This document shows, piece by piece, positions 28,801 to 38,210 of a stretch of 52,318 nt of DNA. This DNA comes from a virus (taxonomy: Duplodnaviria; Caudoviricetes): IMG/VR virus record IMGVR_UViG_3300042434_000613, positions 1-52,318 of that record; one strand, written 5' to 3'. The notes under the pieces were generated by a model, which did not search any database, was not told the DNA's origin, and saw only the letters and a program-made list of their open reading frames with translations. Positions within the stretch are counted from its first letter, which is position 1. Every line of letters begins with the position of its first letter. Position numbers and translations under genes: made by a program.

Positions 28801-29083
28801 AGTACACACTGAACTTGGAAGATTTGATTATAGATCAGTTGAGTATGTTGTTCAAGTATCTTGTGGAAATACACATCAAATTGCTAAGATTCTTTCAATT
28901 CATGATGGAAACACTGCATATAATTCTGAATACTCAAATATTACAACAGGAGTTGAAATTGCAACATTTGATGTACAAATTGATAATACAGTTCCGCCAG
29001 GATCCATTGCCTTAGTCGTTACTCCAGTTTCTAACACTGGAGTTACAACAATTGTTGCCAACTTCCAAGCAACTAGGATATAA
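22817..29083 (+). CDS. Giant tail fibre protein with beta-repeat shaft
   Basis: 2088 aa; IRIKRSAVPGKIP..LQLGELAINTYDGK N-terminus, many L.V.G(V/I)ST repeats, C-terminal HDG..AY.SEY domain. Confidence 0.82.
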   Translation: MSTPIRIKRSAVPGKIPTTSDLQLGELAINTYDGKAYLKKDVSGVETVINVGGGYPGQTYYVTKTGLDTNDGQNISAAFATVKKALTVATANDTILIGSGTYTEIFPLTVPQGVIVRGNGLRSTFIQPTAGTERLDAFLLNGENTIQDLSIGNFYYNSSTDTGYGFKFASNMVTTTRSPYIERVTVLNRGSTQTASDPYGFDTVDNYPTTKIAGRGALIDGSVVQSNTLEPAMLFNECTFITPNQTALKMTNGARSEWVNSFSYFSSVSIDGVSGSVGLGSTANATLKLAGVTTSISTNYVIKYYQGGPAVAIGTVTSVDGAYVTISGKGSGIFNAVGIGSTQDVRIFQSDGSTQVGTASTILWADYQKFGADLRAIGAASNFGTIGVRGDGAGVQLRLFGYNFGCVGSGKTFTQDPTLTVRSNEAVQLNGGRVFFQSVDQLGNFRVGNIFEISQETGAVSLASTSDINIAGTATIQNLNVTGVSTFSDPILHSDSNFNTDQTTYNLINSAAGAVNFAGAGTSIVIGATTGITTIRNYRVNLSGGQDSFTTTDGTLVVAGGVGISSNLNVGKDFKVTGVSTFVSPVRLDSSLRVAGVSTFVQSINANSTLNVTGVSTLTGNVRLGGQLNVAGISTLVGDSMLSSNLRVAGVSTFVQSIDANSTLNVTGVSTLTGNVRLGGQLRVAGISTFVDDVELGDHLRVAGVSTFVSSTMINSNLNVTGITTTGNFRVTGVSTLTGDTNLTNNLNVGGITTTSTFRVTGISTLTGNVEMSNALRVSGVSTFVGDSMFSANMRVAGVSTFVSSAMINSNLSVTGITTTENFRVTGVSTLTGNTNLTNNLNVGGITTTSTFRVTGISTLTGNVELSNALRVAGVSTFNNPAMINSNLNVTGITTTGNFRVTGISTLTGDVRLDNNLTVAGIGTISDFTISSGIITGPSAIVIDPATVGNNTGSVRIKGDFYVDGTTTTINSTAIEVADPLIGIGTTAINLSYVKLGGNVTENLPTITGINTDNLVVGYAISATYIGSGSTIVSIGASSVTSSSNFTVNSALGIGTNITIGIGTNTILVDGDYTTANIVGAGLSNGNLAGNTVITGVTTNTITFTPVSLNIAVETGNTIYIINNAAFTFVNEIGGDVIADGGGLLLYGSTTRSLTWDRIDNAWESSVNFNVPNGYSYKANGVNVLDQDALRIQNANITGIATINNLNVTGIGTFERLNVISGIVTGMTVGVQTVTTLNATTASVQTILNANVTGIATLPSTIIQDLEIPAGVGTVNTLRVNAGFVTSLTVTTETVTDSTVGTSTITTGRIENLFGFVGVVTSLSGTNITYSGIGSFGQIDNVYSIGISTIDTLNGVVANYNSMISTSFYNSGVGTFGNDVYINSGFATNFTITNGTLTNANITNEVVGLSTITIAGISTLNVTNLFGTTNNLSTLYVNTGFATVFNILSGIVTSLYSSGIGSIQTLYVNSGITTRSTITDLDVIGVGSFATIANVNTPLGLSTIGYLTGIDLNYSGIGTIQVLNVGVSTFTNLTVTGIASLANLYGSDIQYTGISTLTELRGNNLYYSGLSTAVNFRSTDTIVSGAASISTLRADVGITTNAVWTDGYSAGITSVATFRANSGIITTLTVSNSTQGYLIGTDIYYSGIGSISTLRVNVGFTTFLSGTNLSYTGVSTVVSLNATDVNVSGTTTITTLLISPNNQLTHLSNGTNLAFSGIGTIDTLRSNVGFVTSLSGSNLNYSGVGTIGSIQNININSTGIGTFGDINANNLNVSGVGTVGTLNITSANLTRLSTVDAIVSGASSISILRADIGITTNATATNINVTGIATAVTLVATNANITGYGTITQLRGTDSYFTGISTFGSIFGDSLQVATLDLSGTNLYYTGIATFLTLYSSNSYITNITGTNLQYTGISTISTIYNVDTNSTGFTTTGGLHVGAGGTIISATAVSGIGSVGINTSDAKAALHVYGNFQQDGTTLTGTISTTRNNNSAVKVHTELGRFDYRSVEYVVQVSCGNTHQIAKILSIHDGNTAYNSEYSNITTGVEIATFDVQIDNTVPPGSIALVVTPVSNTGVTTIVANFQATRI
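24540..25560 (+). repeat. Intragenic tandem repeats in fibre 2
   Basis: 18-aa and 11-aa units; near-identical DNA blocks at offsets 162 nt (24591/24753) and 282 nt (24917/25199). Confidence 0.85.
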
Positions 29084-29086
29084 ATA
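29079..29086 (+). promoter_or_regulatory. Late promoter TATAAATA
   Basis: Overlaps the stop codon of fibre 2; 35 nt upstream of the TTG start. Confidence 0.8.
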
Positions 29087-29121
29087 ACTGAAGAAAAATA
29101 ACGCAAAGGGGATAGTGAACC

Positions 29122-32100
29122 TTGGCTGATCAGAACTTTAGAGTTAAGCATGGTATCTCTATTGATACCAATCGATTAGTAGACGTAAACAGAAATATTA
29201 ATGCTGGTGTAACCACATTTGCACATACTAAAGTAACAGGAATTACCACTGTTGGTATTATTTCTGCCACCAATGGTGCTGGTGGAATGGGGATTGTTAC
29301 TTTCCAATCCCAAGTTGCAATTGAAAGTGGAGCGCAAAGAATTACAATTGCTCCACCTAGTCAAAACGCTGGATTTGTTTCTTCTTATAACTTAACTCTA
29401 CCAGCAAAAGCTGGTACTGATGGTCAAGTTTTAACATATGGGCCTAATGGCATCCTTGGATTTAATACCAATGGTCTTTATGAAAACCGCTATTATGTTT
29501 CATCTGCAAATGGTGACGATTCCTTTGACGGACGTTCAAAACCATTTGCTACAATTAAGAAAGCAGCTCAAGCAGCATCATTCAGGTCATTTCAACTTCC
29601 TGGTGGTAGATATTTAGATGCTGGTAATTTACTTGCGTTAAATAAATCATTTATTCAACACGAGGTTGTTTCATACTTAGAATTTAATTATCCAAATATT
29701 ACCACTGATAAACCAGATTATGATCGTGCAACTTGCATTAGAGACGTAGGATATATTGTAGATGCAATTGTTTATGACCTTTCATTTGGTGGTAACTCAA
29801 AAACTGTTGAAGCTGCATTAGCATATTGGGTTGGCGGAGTTTCTTATGTTGCTGGTGAGGAAGAGGAAGCGTTACACGCATACAACTATATTAATTTCTT
29901 AGGACAATATGTAATTAATAATCAAACACCACCTACATTATACCAGACTTCAATTTCTCAACAGTTTGATTTTACTGTTATTGATGATCCTGCAAATGTA
30001 AATTCTAATTATTTTCATAGAAGAAAAGACGCTAGAAATAGAATTGTAGCAAATAGACAGGAGATTATTGACAAGTCTCTTGCTGCAGTTGCCATTGCAC
30101 ATTCAGACTTCTATTTCCCTGGAGAGCAGTCAACCAATACTCGTTCAAGATTCTATGATTCTTATCGTTTGATTCAACAAAATCGTCAAACAATTATTAA
30201 CTATGCATATGCAGGTATTGCTACTGCATATCCATCTTTTGTTCAGCCAAATCCAGCAAAATGTCAGAGAGATTTGGGATATTTTGTTGATGCAGTTTCA
30301 ACAGACGTATTTACTGGCGGCAACAGTTATTCTAGAGAATTTGTATTTAAGTATTTCACTGGTGTAGGTATCGGCAGCCTTGCTGGTGAAGAACAGCAAA
30401 CAATTTATGCGTTCCGTTATGCTGGAACCTTAATGAAGGAAGCTCTGACAAACCAACTTCCAATTAAAGATCTTACCATTACCGCAGATCCTGCAACTGG
30501 TTCAAACACCAGTGCAGCTTCTTGTGCTAACGTACAATCAAACGTCGATAACCTTGTAGGCATTGTTACAACAACAATTGGTGCTGGTAGCACAGCTGGT
30601 ATTGCAACTGCAAATAATGGTTATTTTGCAGGCATCACTACATCATGTAATGTAGTTTGCGGTAGTATTGGTATTGGTTCAACTAACATTATTGGTGGTC
30701 GTAAGTGTGCCAGAGACCTTGGCTACATTGTTGATGCTATTGCTCAAGATATTTCTTATGGTTCTAACCAGCACATTGTTTATGCAACTAAAAAATACTT
30801 CAATGGAGCTGGAGCTGCCTTAACAACTGGGCTGCTTGGTGAAGAAGCTCAATCTATTACTGCCTTTGTAGCTGCCAGAGAATATGCTAAAAAGGCAATT
30901 ACAAATCAATTAAACTCTCAAGATTTAACTATTATTGCCGATGCAGCAACTGGATTTAACACTGATCCAGCCTCTTGTGCAAATATTCAAACAAACATTG
31001 ATAATATTGTTGGCATTCTTACTGTAGCTATTGGTAATAGTAGTCTCGCCACAGTTCCAGCACCAGGAATCGGAACAATCACTGATTGTGCTGATGTAAG
31101 ATCTGCTGTTGCTAGCTATGTTGGAATTATTACAAGTGTCATTGGTATTGGAACAACTGCTGCACCTGCAGTAAGTCTACCAACAACACTATCAAAACCA
31201 ATTGCAATTATTGTTGAAGCTGGTGATTATGTTGAAGATAATCCAATTATTCTTTATGAAGATGTTGCTGTATTAGGTGATAACCTTAGAAATACAATTA
31301 TTCGTCCTCAAAATGCTGGTAAAGACTTATTCCGTGTAAGGAATGGTTGTTATATTACCAACTTTGCGATGAAAGATAATGTGGATGCTGCTGGTGTTCC
31401 ACAATTTACATTTGATAACGCAGTTGCATTTGATGATCCTAGTGATCCATTTACAAGCAGAACTGGTTATGCAACCAAAACAACGAAGTCAGTAATGACT
31501 CGTTCTCCATATGTTCAAAACGCATCTATTCTGTCATTCTTAGGTGCAAATGGTATTCTTGTAGATGGTAGTAAAGTTGCCACACCAAACGTTCCTATTG
31601 TTTCTGAAGAAGTTGAAACACCAGTTTTAGGAGCACAGCCTGAACAAGGTAAATCCATGGTTGCTGCCGCCTTTACTATGGTTTCGTTTGGTGGTATTGG
31701 TTGGCGTGTTATTAACGACGGATATTCTCAGGTTGTTTCTTGCTTCCAAATCTTCTGTCGTTATGGATCTCTTGCACAGTCTGGTGGATACTTATCGATT
31801 ACAAACTCTGCAACCAACTTCGGATTCTATGCTCTAAGATCTACTGGATTTAGTCAAAATTCATTTTTCTTTGACCGTGGTAGAATTGCTGCTACGGGTA
31901 CTTCGGGCGGTCTTCAAACACTAAGAGTTGTTGGCTTAGGTAGGACAGATCAAGACTTATATGTTACTAGATTTTTCAATAATTCATTAAGTGATTTAAC
32001 ATCAAACTTTAAACCAGTTGTTACACAAGCAACCGTTAGTGTAGCTGTAGGTGTTAATACTGTTACCGATAGAATTACAATTGTGTCTCATCCATTTACA

Positions 32101-35100
32101 CAAGGAGACACAGTACTTTATCTTGGTGATGAAAATGCAACACCTAAAGTTGTAATTGAGGGACTTGTTAGCGGTAACCAATATTATTTAAATTACATTG
32201 ATAATAATACATTTACTCTCTATGAAGATGATAGTTTTACTCGATTAGTTGATTTAAAATCCGCACCAGTTGGTATTAATACTTTCCAAAAAGGTAATAT
32301 TGAATTTTTTGCAAATGAAATTATTGATACACACAACTCTTATCAAGTTATTGGTATTGCAACAACTGGTGGAACACCACAGTTTACTTCTGGAAGACAG
32401 GTTACTCAAACTGTAAGTGGAGGAACAGCTGTTGGCTATGCAGTTACTTATAATAATACATCAAGAGAACTATTAGTTTCTGTAGAAACTTCTGGAGGAA
32501 TTAGAAGATTCTTTGGTGTTTCTGGTGGAGCAAATGGTCAAATTGCAGATCACCAAGGATCGCCAGTTAATTTCTACACCACAACAGTTACAGGAGTAAG
32601 TACATATTATACAATTGAAACAACAATCGCCTCAACACCAGCTGGAACTACAATTTCTGGTATTGCAAGTCTTCCTCAAACATATTATTGCCATTTCCAC
32701 AGACCATCTATTGTTAACTCTTCAGGTCATACTTGGGAATATTCTGGTTCTGGTATTGACTATAATGCATTACCACAAAACGGAGGAAAAACCAACGTAG
32801 CAACTGAACAAACATTTTCTCTTGGTGGTCGTGTTTACTCTTCAGGTACTAACGAACTTGGAGACTTTAAAGTTGGTAACTTTATTACTGCATACAACAG
32901 AACTGGTAACATTATTTTCAATAACAAAGTTACAATTGGTCAGTTAGACTCTCTTAGATTAAGTCTTTCTGGTGGTGTTGCTGTTGAAGAATTCTCAACT
33001 GATGTTGGACTTGGTGATAATGAAACTGGTGGTGCTAAGAACTCCAGAGTTTCGACACAGCTTGCAGTTAGAACATTCCTGAACAATAGATTAGGAAACG
33101 TTATTGATAAAACTGTTTCTACAAACGCTGTTCCTAGTGCGATTGTTCAGTTAAACGCAACTGGTCAAATTAACGCAGACCTTATTCCACCTAAAGTTGT
33201 TAATTACTATAGATCAAATGTCAGTGGTGGTAGAACGGAACTTGTTGATCAAATTCCACCGATTAATGTTTTAAGTGGGGATACAGTTCTTGAACCAGGA
33301 CAAGGTTATGTTCTTACACAAGATGTATTTGGTCAATTCTTAAAATTATCAAGCAACACAGCCAACTATAATTTCCCAAATGGATTTACTGTAACTAGTG
33401 CTGGTAGTGCTGGTGGAGCAATTGGTGTTGTTACCGCTCCAACTTCCGTTGGTTATGGTACAACTGGTTTAGTTAAAGGTGTTCTATTAAGTGTAAGTAT
33501 TACTTCTGGTGGTTCTGGATATACCAATCCAGGTGTTTATACTTGTGTTCTTGACAGAAGCACAGGAATTGGAACCAGTGCAAGAGCATCAATTACTGTT
33601 AGTGGATCTGGAACAGTAACTGGAATTGATATTGATTATGGTGGTAGATATTATGCATCTGGAGACGTACTTACAATTAATAATGATAGTTTACTTGGTG
33701 GAAGAAGTGGCGGCGCAAGATTTAATGCTACTGTAGGGGGAAGTGGAGTTGAAACTCGATTATATTTAAGATTAACAAATAATCAAAAATTCACTGGTTC
33801 TTCAACTACTCCAGATTACATTGAAGACGGAGATGCTGTTGGTGTTTCGACAAGTTTAACTTCAACATATACTGTAAACTTTGATCCTACTGATATTTCT
33901 ACAGGCGGTAATGTAGATTTTGCGAATGATAGAATTGTTGTCGGTGTAACCACACTTACTGATGGCGATCCAATTGTATATACTGCAAATGGTGGTAACG
34001 TTGTTCAAGATCTGACTGGAGGGGAAACATATTTTATCAAGAGAGTTGGCATTTCTTCTGTTGAATTATATACAACATATGCACTTTCTACTAAGTTAAC
34101 TTTAAGCAGCAGTGGTACTGGTACACACAGTATAGTAAGATCTGGTATTAACACCGCTGAAAATGCGATTGTCTTTGAAAAGCATGTATTTAGCACTGGA
34201 GATGCTGTAAGAGTTACTGGTTCTGTTCCAGTAGGTGTAACAACAGGAAATTACTATTACATTGGATCAAAAACAACCAACTCCTTTACATTGCATGAGG
34301 CAAGAGCAGATGCCATTGCTTCTATTAACGGTTCTACTTTTAATGCTGTAGGACTTGCAACAGCTTCAGGAACAATGACGTTTACTAAACAAAACGTTAC
34401 ATATAATGGTCAAACAAATACTTCTTCTAACCTGATTGATAATTATACGGTTCTCGCCTCTGGTGTTATTGATGCTGCTAATATTACTTCAGGAACTGTA
34501 TCTCCATCAAGACTCGGTAGTGGAACAGCTAACTCTGATACTTTCTTAAGAGGTGATTCTGTATTTGAAAAGGTTGTTAAATCTGTAGGTATTGCGACCA
34601 CAGAACCAGTAACTGTTACAGGTTCATCTTTTGATGCGGCTCCTGGTGGTGTTGGTGTTAATACTTATTATGGAAAAGTTAATATTTCAATAAATCGTGT
34701 TGCTTCTACACTTGAAAACTTCTCAACCCTTGGTGTTGCTAAATTTAGAACATCAACATTTAGTATTACATCTAATGGTGAAGTCAGCATTAAAAGTTCT
34801 GCTACTGGAGATGTTGATGCGGCAACATTGGGAGGACAAGCTGGAGCATATTACCTCAATCCTGTAAACTTTACAGGATCTGTTCCTATTTCAAAAGGTG
34901 GTACTGGTTTATCGGCTCTTCCATCTGCAGGTTCAATCTTACAAGGAAATGGAACTGGTTATGATCTTGTAACTTCTCCAACACTTTCTGGTAATTTAAC
35001 ATTAACTGCTGGTGGTAATTTTATAGCCGTTGGTGCTGCAATTACTAATGCCAACATCAGTGGTTTTGGTACAGTTGCTAATTTAGGTTCTACAAATGCT

Positions 35101-38100
35101 ACAATAAGTGGCATTGCAACTTATAGTGGTTCAGGCAATAACATCAATCAAACTGCAGGTACAGCAGCACTGAATAGATTAACTGTTACTGGTATCACCA
35201 CATTTACAGGTCAAGCAAATTATGGAACAATTTCTGGAACTACATTAACTAACACTGGAACTGCAAATATTACTAACATTAATGCTACTGGTGTGGTTAC
35301 ATTCAGTGGTTCTGGAAATCATATTAACTGTCAAAATGGTACTGCAGTTTTCAACAGAGCAGTATTCTCTGGTATCTCAACATTCCTTGGACTTGTTAAT
35401 GTTGGTTCTGCTAACTACACCACTGTTGATGTTGGTGGAACTTTAACAACACAGAATTTTGTTGTTACTGGTGTTTCAACATTAGGAAGATTGCAAGTTT
35501 CAAATACAACTGCAGGAAATACCTTAACCATGTCTGGTGTTTCCACATTTACTGGAACAGTTAATACCAATACTTTAACTATGAGTGCCACTTCAACGGC
35601 AACTCTTCCAAATATAACAAATACAAATACCGTAACTAGTGGTATTACTACATTTAGTGGTTCCGCAAATAACATTAACCAGACTGCTGGTACTGCAGCT
35701 ATTAATAGATTAACTGTTGCTGGTATTTCTACCTTTACTGGATTGGTAAATTATGGTTCAATTAGTGGAACTACAATAACCAATAGCGGAACTGCAGCAT
35801 TAACAAATCAAACTGTTTCTGGTATCACTACATTTAGTGGTTCCGCAAATAACATTAACCAGACTGCTGGTACTGCCGCTCTCAATAGACTTACCGTTGC
35901 TGGTGTTTCCACACTCTCAGGCAATCTTACTCTTGCATCTGGTTCTGTATTAACGATTAGTAATACTGGAAATAGCATCAATCAAACTGCTGGTACTGCA
36001 CAGTTAAACAATGTTAATGTTGTTGGCGTTACTACAGTACAATCTCTATTCTTCACTTCTTTAGGCGGTTCTGCTGGCGCAACATTACCATCTATTGCAA
36101 ACACAAACATTACGATTTCAGGTGTAGCCACATATAGTGGTGCTGGTAATAATATTAACCAAACTGCAGGTACTGCTGCTCTGAATAGACTTACCGTTGC
36201 TGGTGTTTCTACCTTCACTGGTCAATTAAATGCTGGTACAATTTCTGCTACTTCATTAGCAGGTACATTAAACAATACATTAACAATTTCTTCTCCTCTT
36301 ACAGGAACTTCTTACAATAACTCTGCCGCTGTTACCTTAGGTATTAATGCTACCAGTGCCAATACAGCAAACTTTGTTGTTCAGCGTGGTGCATCTGGCG
36401 AATTTACCGCTGGAGCAATCACAGCAACTGGATTAACACTCAATGGGGGTGGTTCTACAACTTCTGCACAATTAACCTTTAGTGGCACAACAAACAACTG
36501 GATTAATTTTGGTACAACTGGTGTTGCTGCTCCTGCGTTTACAACTAGAAGTGTAGGCACAAAAGTTGTTTACTACACTAATCTCAGCGGATCTAGTGCA
36601 GACTATGCAGCAGGTATTGAAGGTAGTACATTATGGCATTCAGTTCCAACTACCTCCGAACAATTTAGATGGTACGGAGGAACAACTCTTGCAGCTACCT
36701 TAACAGGTGCTGGCGTATTCACTGCAGTTGGAACAGTTCAAGGTACAAGATTAATTTCCACCATTGCAACAGGAACTGCTCCATTAACAGTTACTTCAAC
36801 CACTCAAGTTTCCAATCTTAACGCTTCACTTCTTGAAGGTTATGCAACAGCAACCGCAAATACTGGAAATACTATTGTAAGACGTGATGCTTCTGGTAAC
36901 TTTACTGCTGGTACTATTACTTCTTCACAATTAACATGCACTGGAAACATATTACAAACTACGGGAGGGTCTTTCCATAGAATTGCATATACCTCGGCAG
37001 ATAATAGTTATTCTGCAACAATGTGGTGGAATGGACTTGTTCTTGGAAATAACGGAACCAATTTTATTGTTGCTGGCAGAACAAATGGAGGTGGTTCACT
37101 TGCTTTCTATGTTAATAATACATCAGATCTTACAAGTAATACAACTCCAGGTGGAACACTTGCATTAACATTAGCAAGTACAGGAGCTGCTACATTTGGT
37201 TCCACGGTTTCTGCTACTACTTATACTTCTACAGTTGCAACAGGCACTGCTCCATTAACGGTTACCTCCACAACTCAGGTTACAAACCTAAATGCACAAT
37301 ATCTTAATGGGTTGTTATCAGCAACAGCAAATACGGCAAATACAATTGTTTCTCGTGATGCTTCTGGTAACTTTAGTGCTGGTACAATTACTGCTACATC
37401 ATTCTCTGGCTCTCTTGCCAACACATTAACTTTAAATACATCTGGAACTGGTCTTTCTGGTTCTACTACATTTAATAACTCTGGAGCTGCTACATTTACT
37501 GTAACATCCAATGCAACTTCAGCAAATACTGGTTCAGCGATTGTTGCTCGTGATGCTTCTGGAAACTTTAGTGCTGGTACAATCACTGCGTCTTTAACTG
37601 GTAATGTAACTGGTAATGTATCTGGTACTGCCGCCAATATTTCAAATGCAGGAACAGTAACTCTTGCAACAGCAATTGAATCTAACTCAATTACTATTAC
37701 ACAACCTACATATACTACTGATCAACCAGTTAAATTATTAAACTTTGACTGGTATGGAAATACTTGGTCTTTGGGAAATATTAGAAGTGGAGCTACACCT
37801 TCAAATGGATTTGGTGTTTATTCTAGTGGCACTGAAAGAGCAAGATTTACTACTAGTGGATTAACAGTCGGTGGAACAGTAACTGCAAATTCCGACATTA
37901 AACTTAAGGCAAATATTAAGACTATTTCTGATGCTCTTAATAAAGTTTTAAGTTTACGTGGAGTTGAATATGATCGTGTTGATATGAATAATGAACATCA
38001 AATTGGTGTTATTGCTCAAGAAATCGAATCAGTAATACCTGAAGTTGTTGTTGAAAATTCAAATGGCATTAAATCAGTTGCTTATGGAAACATTACTGCA

Positions 38101-38190
38101 GTGTTGATTGAGGCAATTAAAGAACAACAACAAACTATAAATATGTTAAGAAATGAAATTGAAGAATTAAAAATAAAACTAAACGGCTAA
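29122..38190 (+). CDS. Giant tail fibre with C-terminal S74 intramolecular chaperone
   Basis: 3022 aa, TTG start; ADQNFRVKHG, CxRDxGY repeats, RDASGNF repeats, SDIKLKANI...LIEAIKEQQ. Confidence 0.85.
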   Translation: MADQNFRVKHGISIDTNRLVDVNRNINAGVTTFAHTKVTGITTVGIISATNGAGGMGIVTFQSQVAIESGAQRITIAPPSQNAGFVSSYNLTLPAKAGTDGQVLTYGPNGILGFNTNGLYENRYYVSSANGDDSFDGRSKPFATIKKAAQAASFRSFQLPGGRYLDAGNLLALNKSFIQHEVVSYLEFNYPNITTDKPDYDRATCIRDVGYIVDAIVYDLSFGGNSKTVEAALAYWVGGVSYVAGEEEEALHAYNYINFLGQYVINNQTPPTLYQTSISQQFDFTVIDDPANVNSNYFHRRKDARNRIVANRQEIIDKSLAAVAIAHSDFYFPGEQSTNTRSRFYDSYRLIQQNRQTIINYAYAGIATAYPSFVQPNPAKCQRDLGYFVDAVSTDVFTGGNSYSREFVFKYFTGVGIGSLAGEEQQTIYAFRYAGTLMKEALTNQLPIKDLTITADPATGSNTSAASCANVQSNVDNLVGIVTTTIGAGSTAGIATANNGYFAGITTSCNVVCGSIGIGSTNIIGGRKCARDLGYIVDAIAQDISYGSNQHIVYATKKYFNGAGAALTTGLLGEEAQSITAFVAAREYAKKAITNQLNSQDLTIIADAATGFNTDPASCANIQTNIDNIVGILTVAIGNSSLATVPAPGIGTITDCADVRSAVASYVGIITSVIGIGTTAAPAVSLPTTLSKPIAIIVEAGDYVEDNPIILYEDVAVLGDNLRNTIIRPQNAGKDLFRVRNGCYITNFAMKDNVDAAGVPQFTFDNAVAFDDPSDPFTSRTGYATKTTKSVMTRSPYVQNASILSFLGANGILVDGSKVATPNVPIVSEEVETPVLGAQPEQGKSMVAAAFTMVSFGGIGWRVINDGYSQVVSCFQIFCRYGSLAQSGGYLSITNSATNFGFYALRSTGFSQNSFFFDRGRIAATGTSGGLQTLRVVGLGRTDQDLYVTRFFNNSLSDLTSNFKPVVTQATVSVAVGVNTVTDRITIVSHPFTQGDTVLYLGDENATPKVVIEGLVSGNQYYLNYIDNNTFTLYEDDSFTRLVDLKSAPVGINTFQKGNIEFFANEIIDTHNSYQVIGIATTGGTPQFTSGRQVTQTVSGGTAVGYAVTYNNTSRELLVSVETSGGIRRFFGVSGGANGQIADHQGSPVNFYTTTVTGVSTYYTIETTIASTPAGTTISGIASLPQTYYCHFHRPSIVNSSGHTWEYSGSGIDYNALPQNGGKTNVATEQTFSLGGRVYSSGTNELGDFKVGNFITAYNRTGNIIFNNKVTIGQLDSLRLSLSGGVAVEEFSTDVGLGDNETGGAKNSRVSTQLAVRTFLNNRLGNVIDKTVSTNAVPSAIVQLNATGQINADLIPPKVVNYYRSNVSGGRTELVDQIPPINVLSGDTVLEPGQGYVLTQDVFGQFLKLSSNTANYNFPNGFTVTSAGSAGGAIGVVTAPTSVGYGTTGLVKGVLLSVSITSGGSGYTNPGVYTCVLDRSTGIGTSARASITVSGSGTVTGIDIDYGGRYYASGDVLTINNDSLLGGRSGGARFNATVGGSGVETRLYLRLTNNQKFTGSSTTPDYIEDGDAVGVSTSLTSTYTVNFDPTDISTGGNVDFANDRIVVGVTTLTDGDPIVYTANGGNVVQDLTGGETYFIKRVGISSVELYTTYALSTKLTLSSSGTGTHSIVRSGINTAENAIVFEKHVFSTGDAVRVTGSVPVGVTTGNYYYIGSKTTNSFTLHEARADAIASINGSTFNAVGLATASGTMTFTKQNVTYNGQTNTSSNLIDNYTVLASGVIDAANITSGTVSPSRLGSGTANSDTFLRGDSVFEKVVKSVGIATTEPVTVTGSSFDAAPGGVGVNTYYGKVNISINRVASTLENFSTLGVAKFRTSTFSITSNGEVSIKSSATGDVDAATLGGQAGAYYLNPVNFTGSVPISKGGTGLSALPSAGSILQGNGTGYDLVTSPTLSGNLTLTAGGNFIAVGAAITNANISGFGTVANLGSTNATISGIATYSGSGNNINQTAGTAALNRLTVTGITTFTGQANYGTISGTTLTNTGTANITNINATGVVTFSGSGNHINCQNGTAVFNRAVFSGISTFLGLVNVGSANYTTVDVGGTLTTQNFVVTGVSTLGRLQVSNTTAGNTLTMSGVSTFTGTVNTNTLTMSATSTATLPNITNTNTVTSGITTFSGSANNINQTAGTAAINRLTVAGISTFTGLVNYGSISGTTITNSGTAALTNQTVSGITTFSGSANNINQTAGTAALNRLTVAGVSTLSGNLTLASGSVLTISNTGNSINQTAGTAQLNNVNVVGVTTVQSLFFTSLGGSAGATLPSIANTNITISGVATYSGAGNNINQTAGTAALNRLTVAGVSTFTGQLNAGTISATSLAGTLNNTLTISSPLTGTSYNNSAAVTLGINATSANTANFVVQRGASGEFTAGAITATGLTLNGGGSTTSAQLTFSGTTNNWINFGTTGVAAPAFTTRSVGTKVVYYTNLSGSSADYAAGIEGSTLWHSVPTTSEQFRWYGGTTLAATLTGAGVFTAVGTVQGTRLISTIATGTAPLTVTSTTQVSNLNASLLEGYATATANTGNTIVRRDASGNFTAGTITSSQLTCTGNILQTTGGSFHRIAYTSADNSYSATMWWNGLVLGNNGTNFIVAGRTNGGGSLAFYVNNTSDLTSNTTPGGTLALTLASTGAATFGSTVSATTYTSTVATGTAPLTVTSTTQVTNLNAQYLNGLLSATANTANTIVSRDASGNFSAGTITATSFSGSLANTLTLNTSGTGLSGSTTFNNSGAATFTVTSNATSANTGSAIVARDASGNFSAGTITASLTGNVTGNVSGTAANISNAGTVTLATAIESNSITITQPTYTTDQPVKLLNFDWYGNTWSLGNIRSGATPSNGFGVYSSGTERARFTTSGLTVGGTVTANSDIKLKANIKTISDALNKVLSLRGVEYDRVDMNNEHQIGVIAQEIESVIPEVVVENSNGIKSVAYGNITAVLIEAIKEQQQTINMLRNEIEELKIKLNG
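35100..36240 (+). repeat. Intragenic repeats in fibre 3 (SGSANNINQTAGTAALNRLTVAG)
   Basis: Several copies; about 50 nt identical between blocks starting at 35641 and 35821. Confidence 0.8.
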
Positions 38191-38210
38191 TTTTTCTGGA
38201 GTAACTGTAA

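Noticed and set aside
18776-37637. Antisense ORFs within the fibre genes (e.g. 24910-25497, 37275-37637)
   Set aside because: Shadow frames of repetitive Thr/Gly/Val codons.
24540-37640. Repeats as a CRISPR array or DGR template/variable pair
   Set aside because: Repeats are in-frame coding units without unique spacers; differences are not adenine-specific and no reverse transcriptase or cas gene is present.
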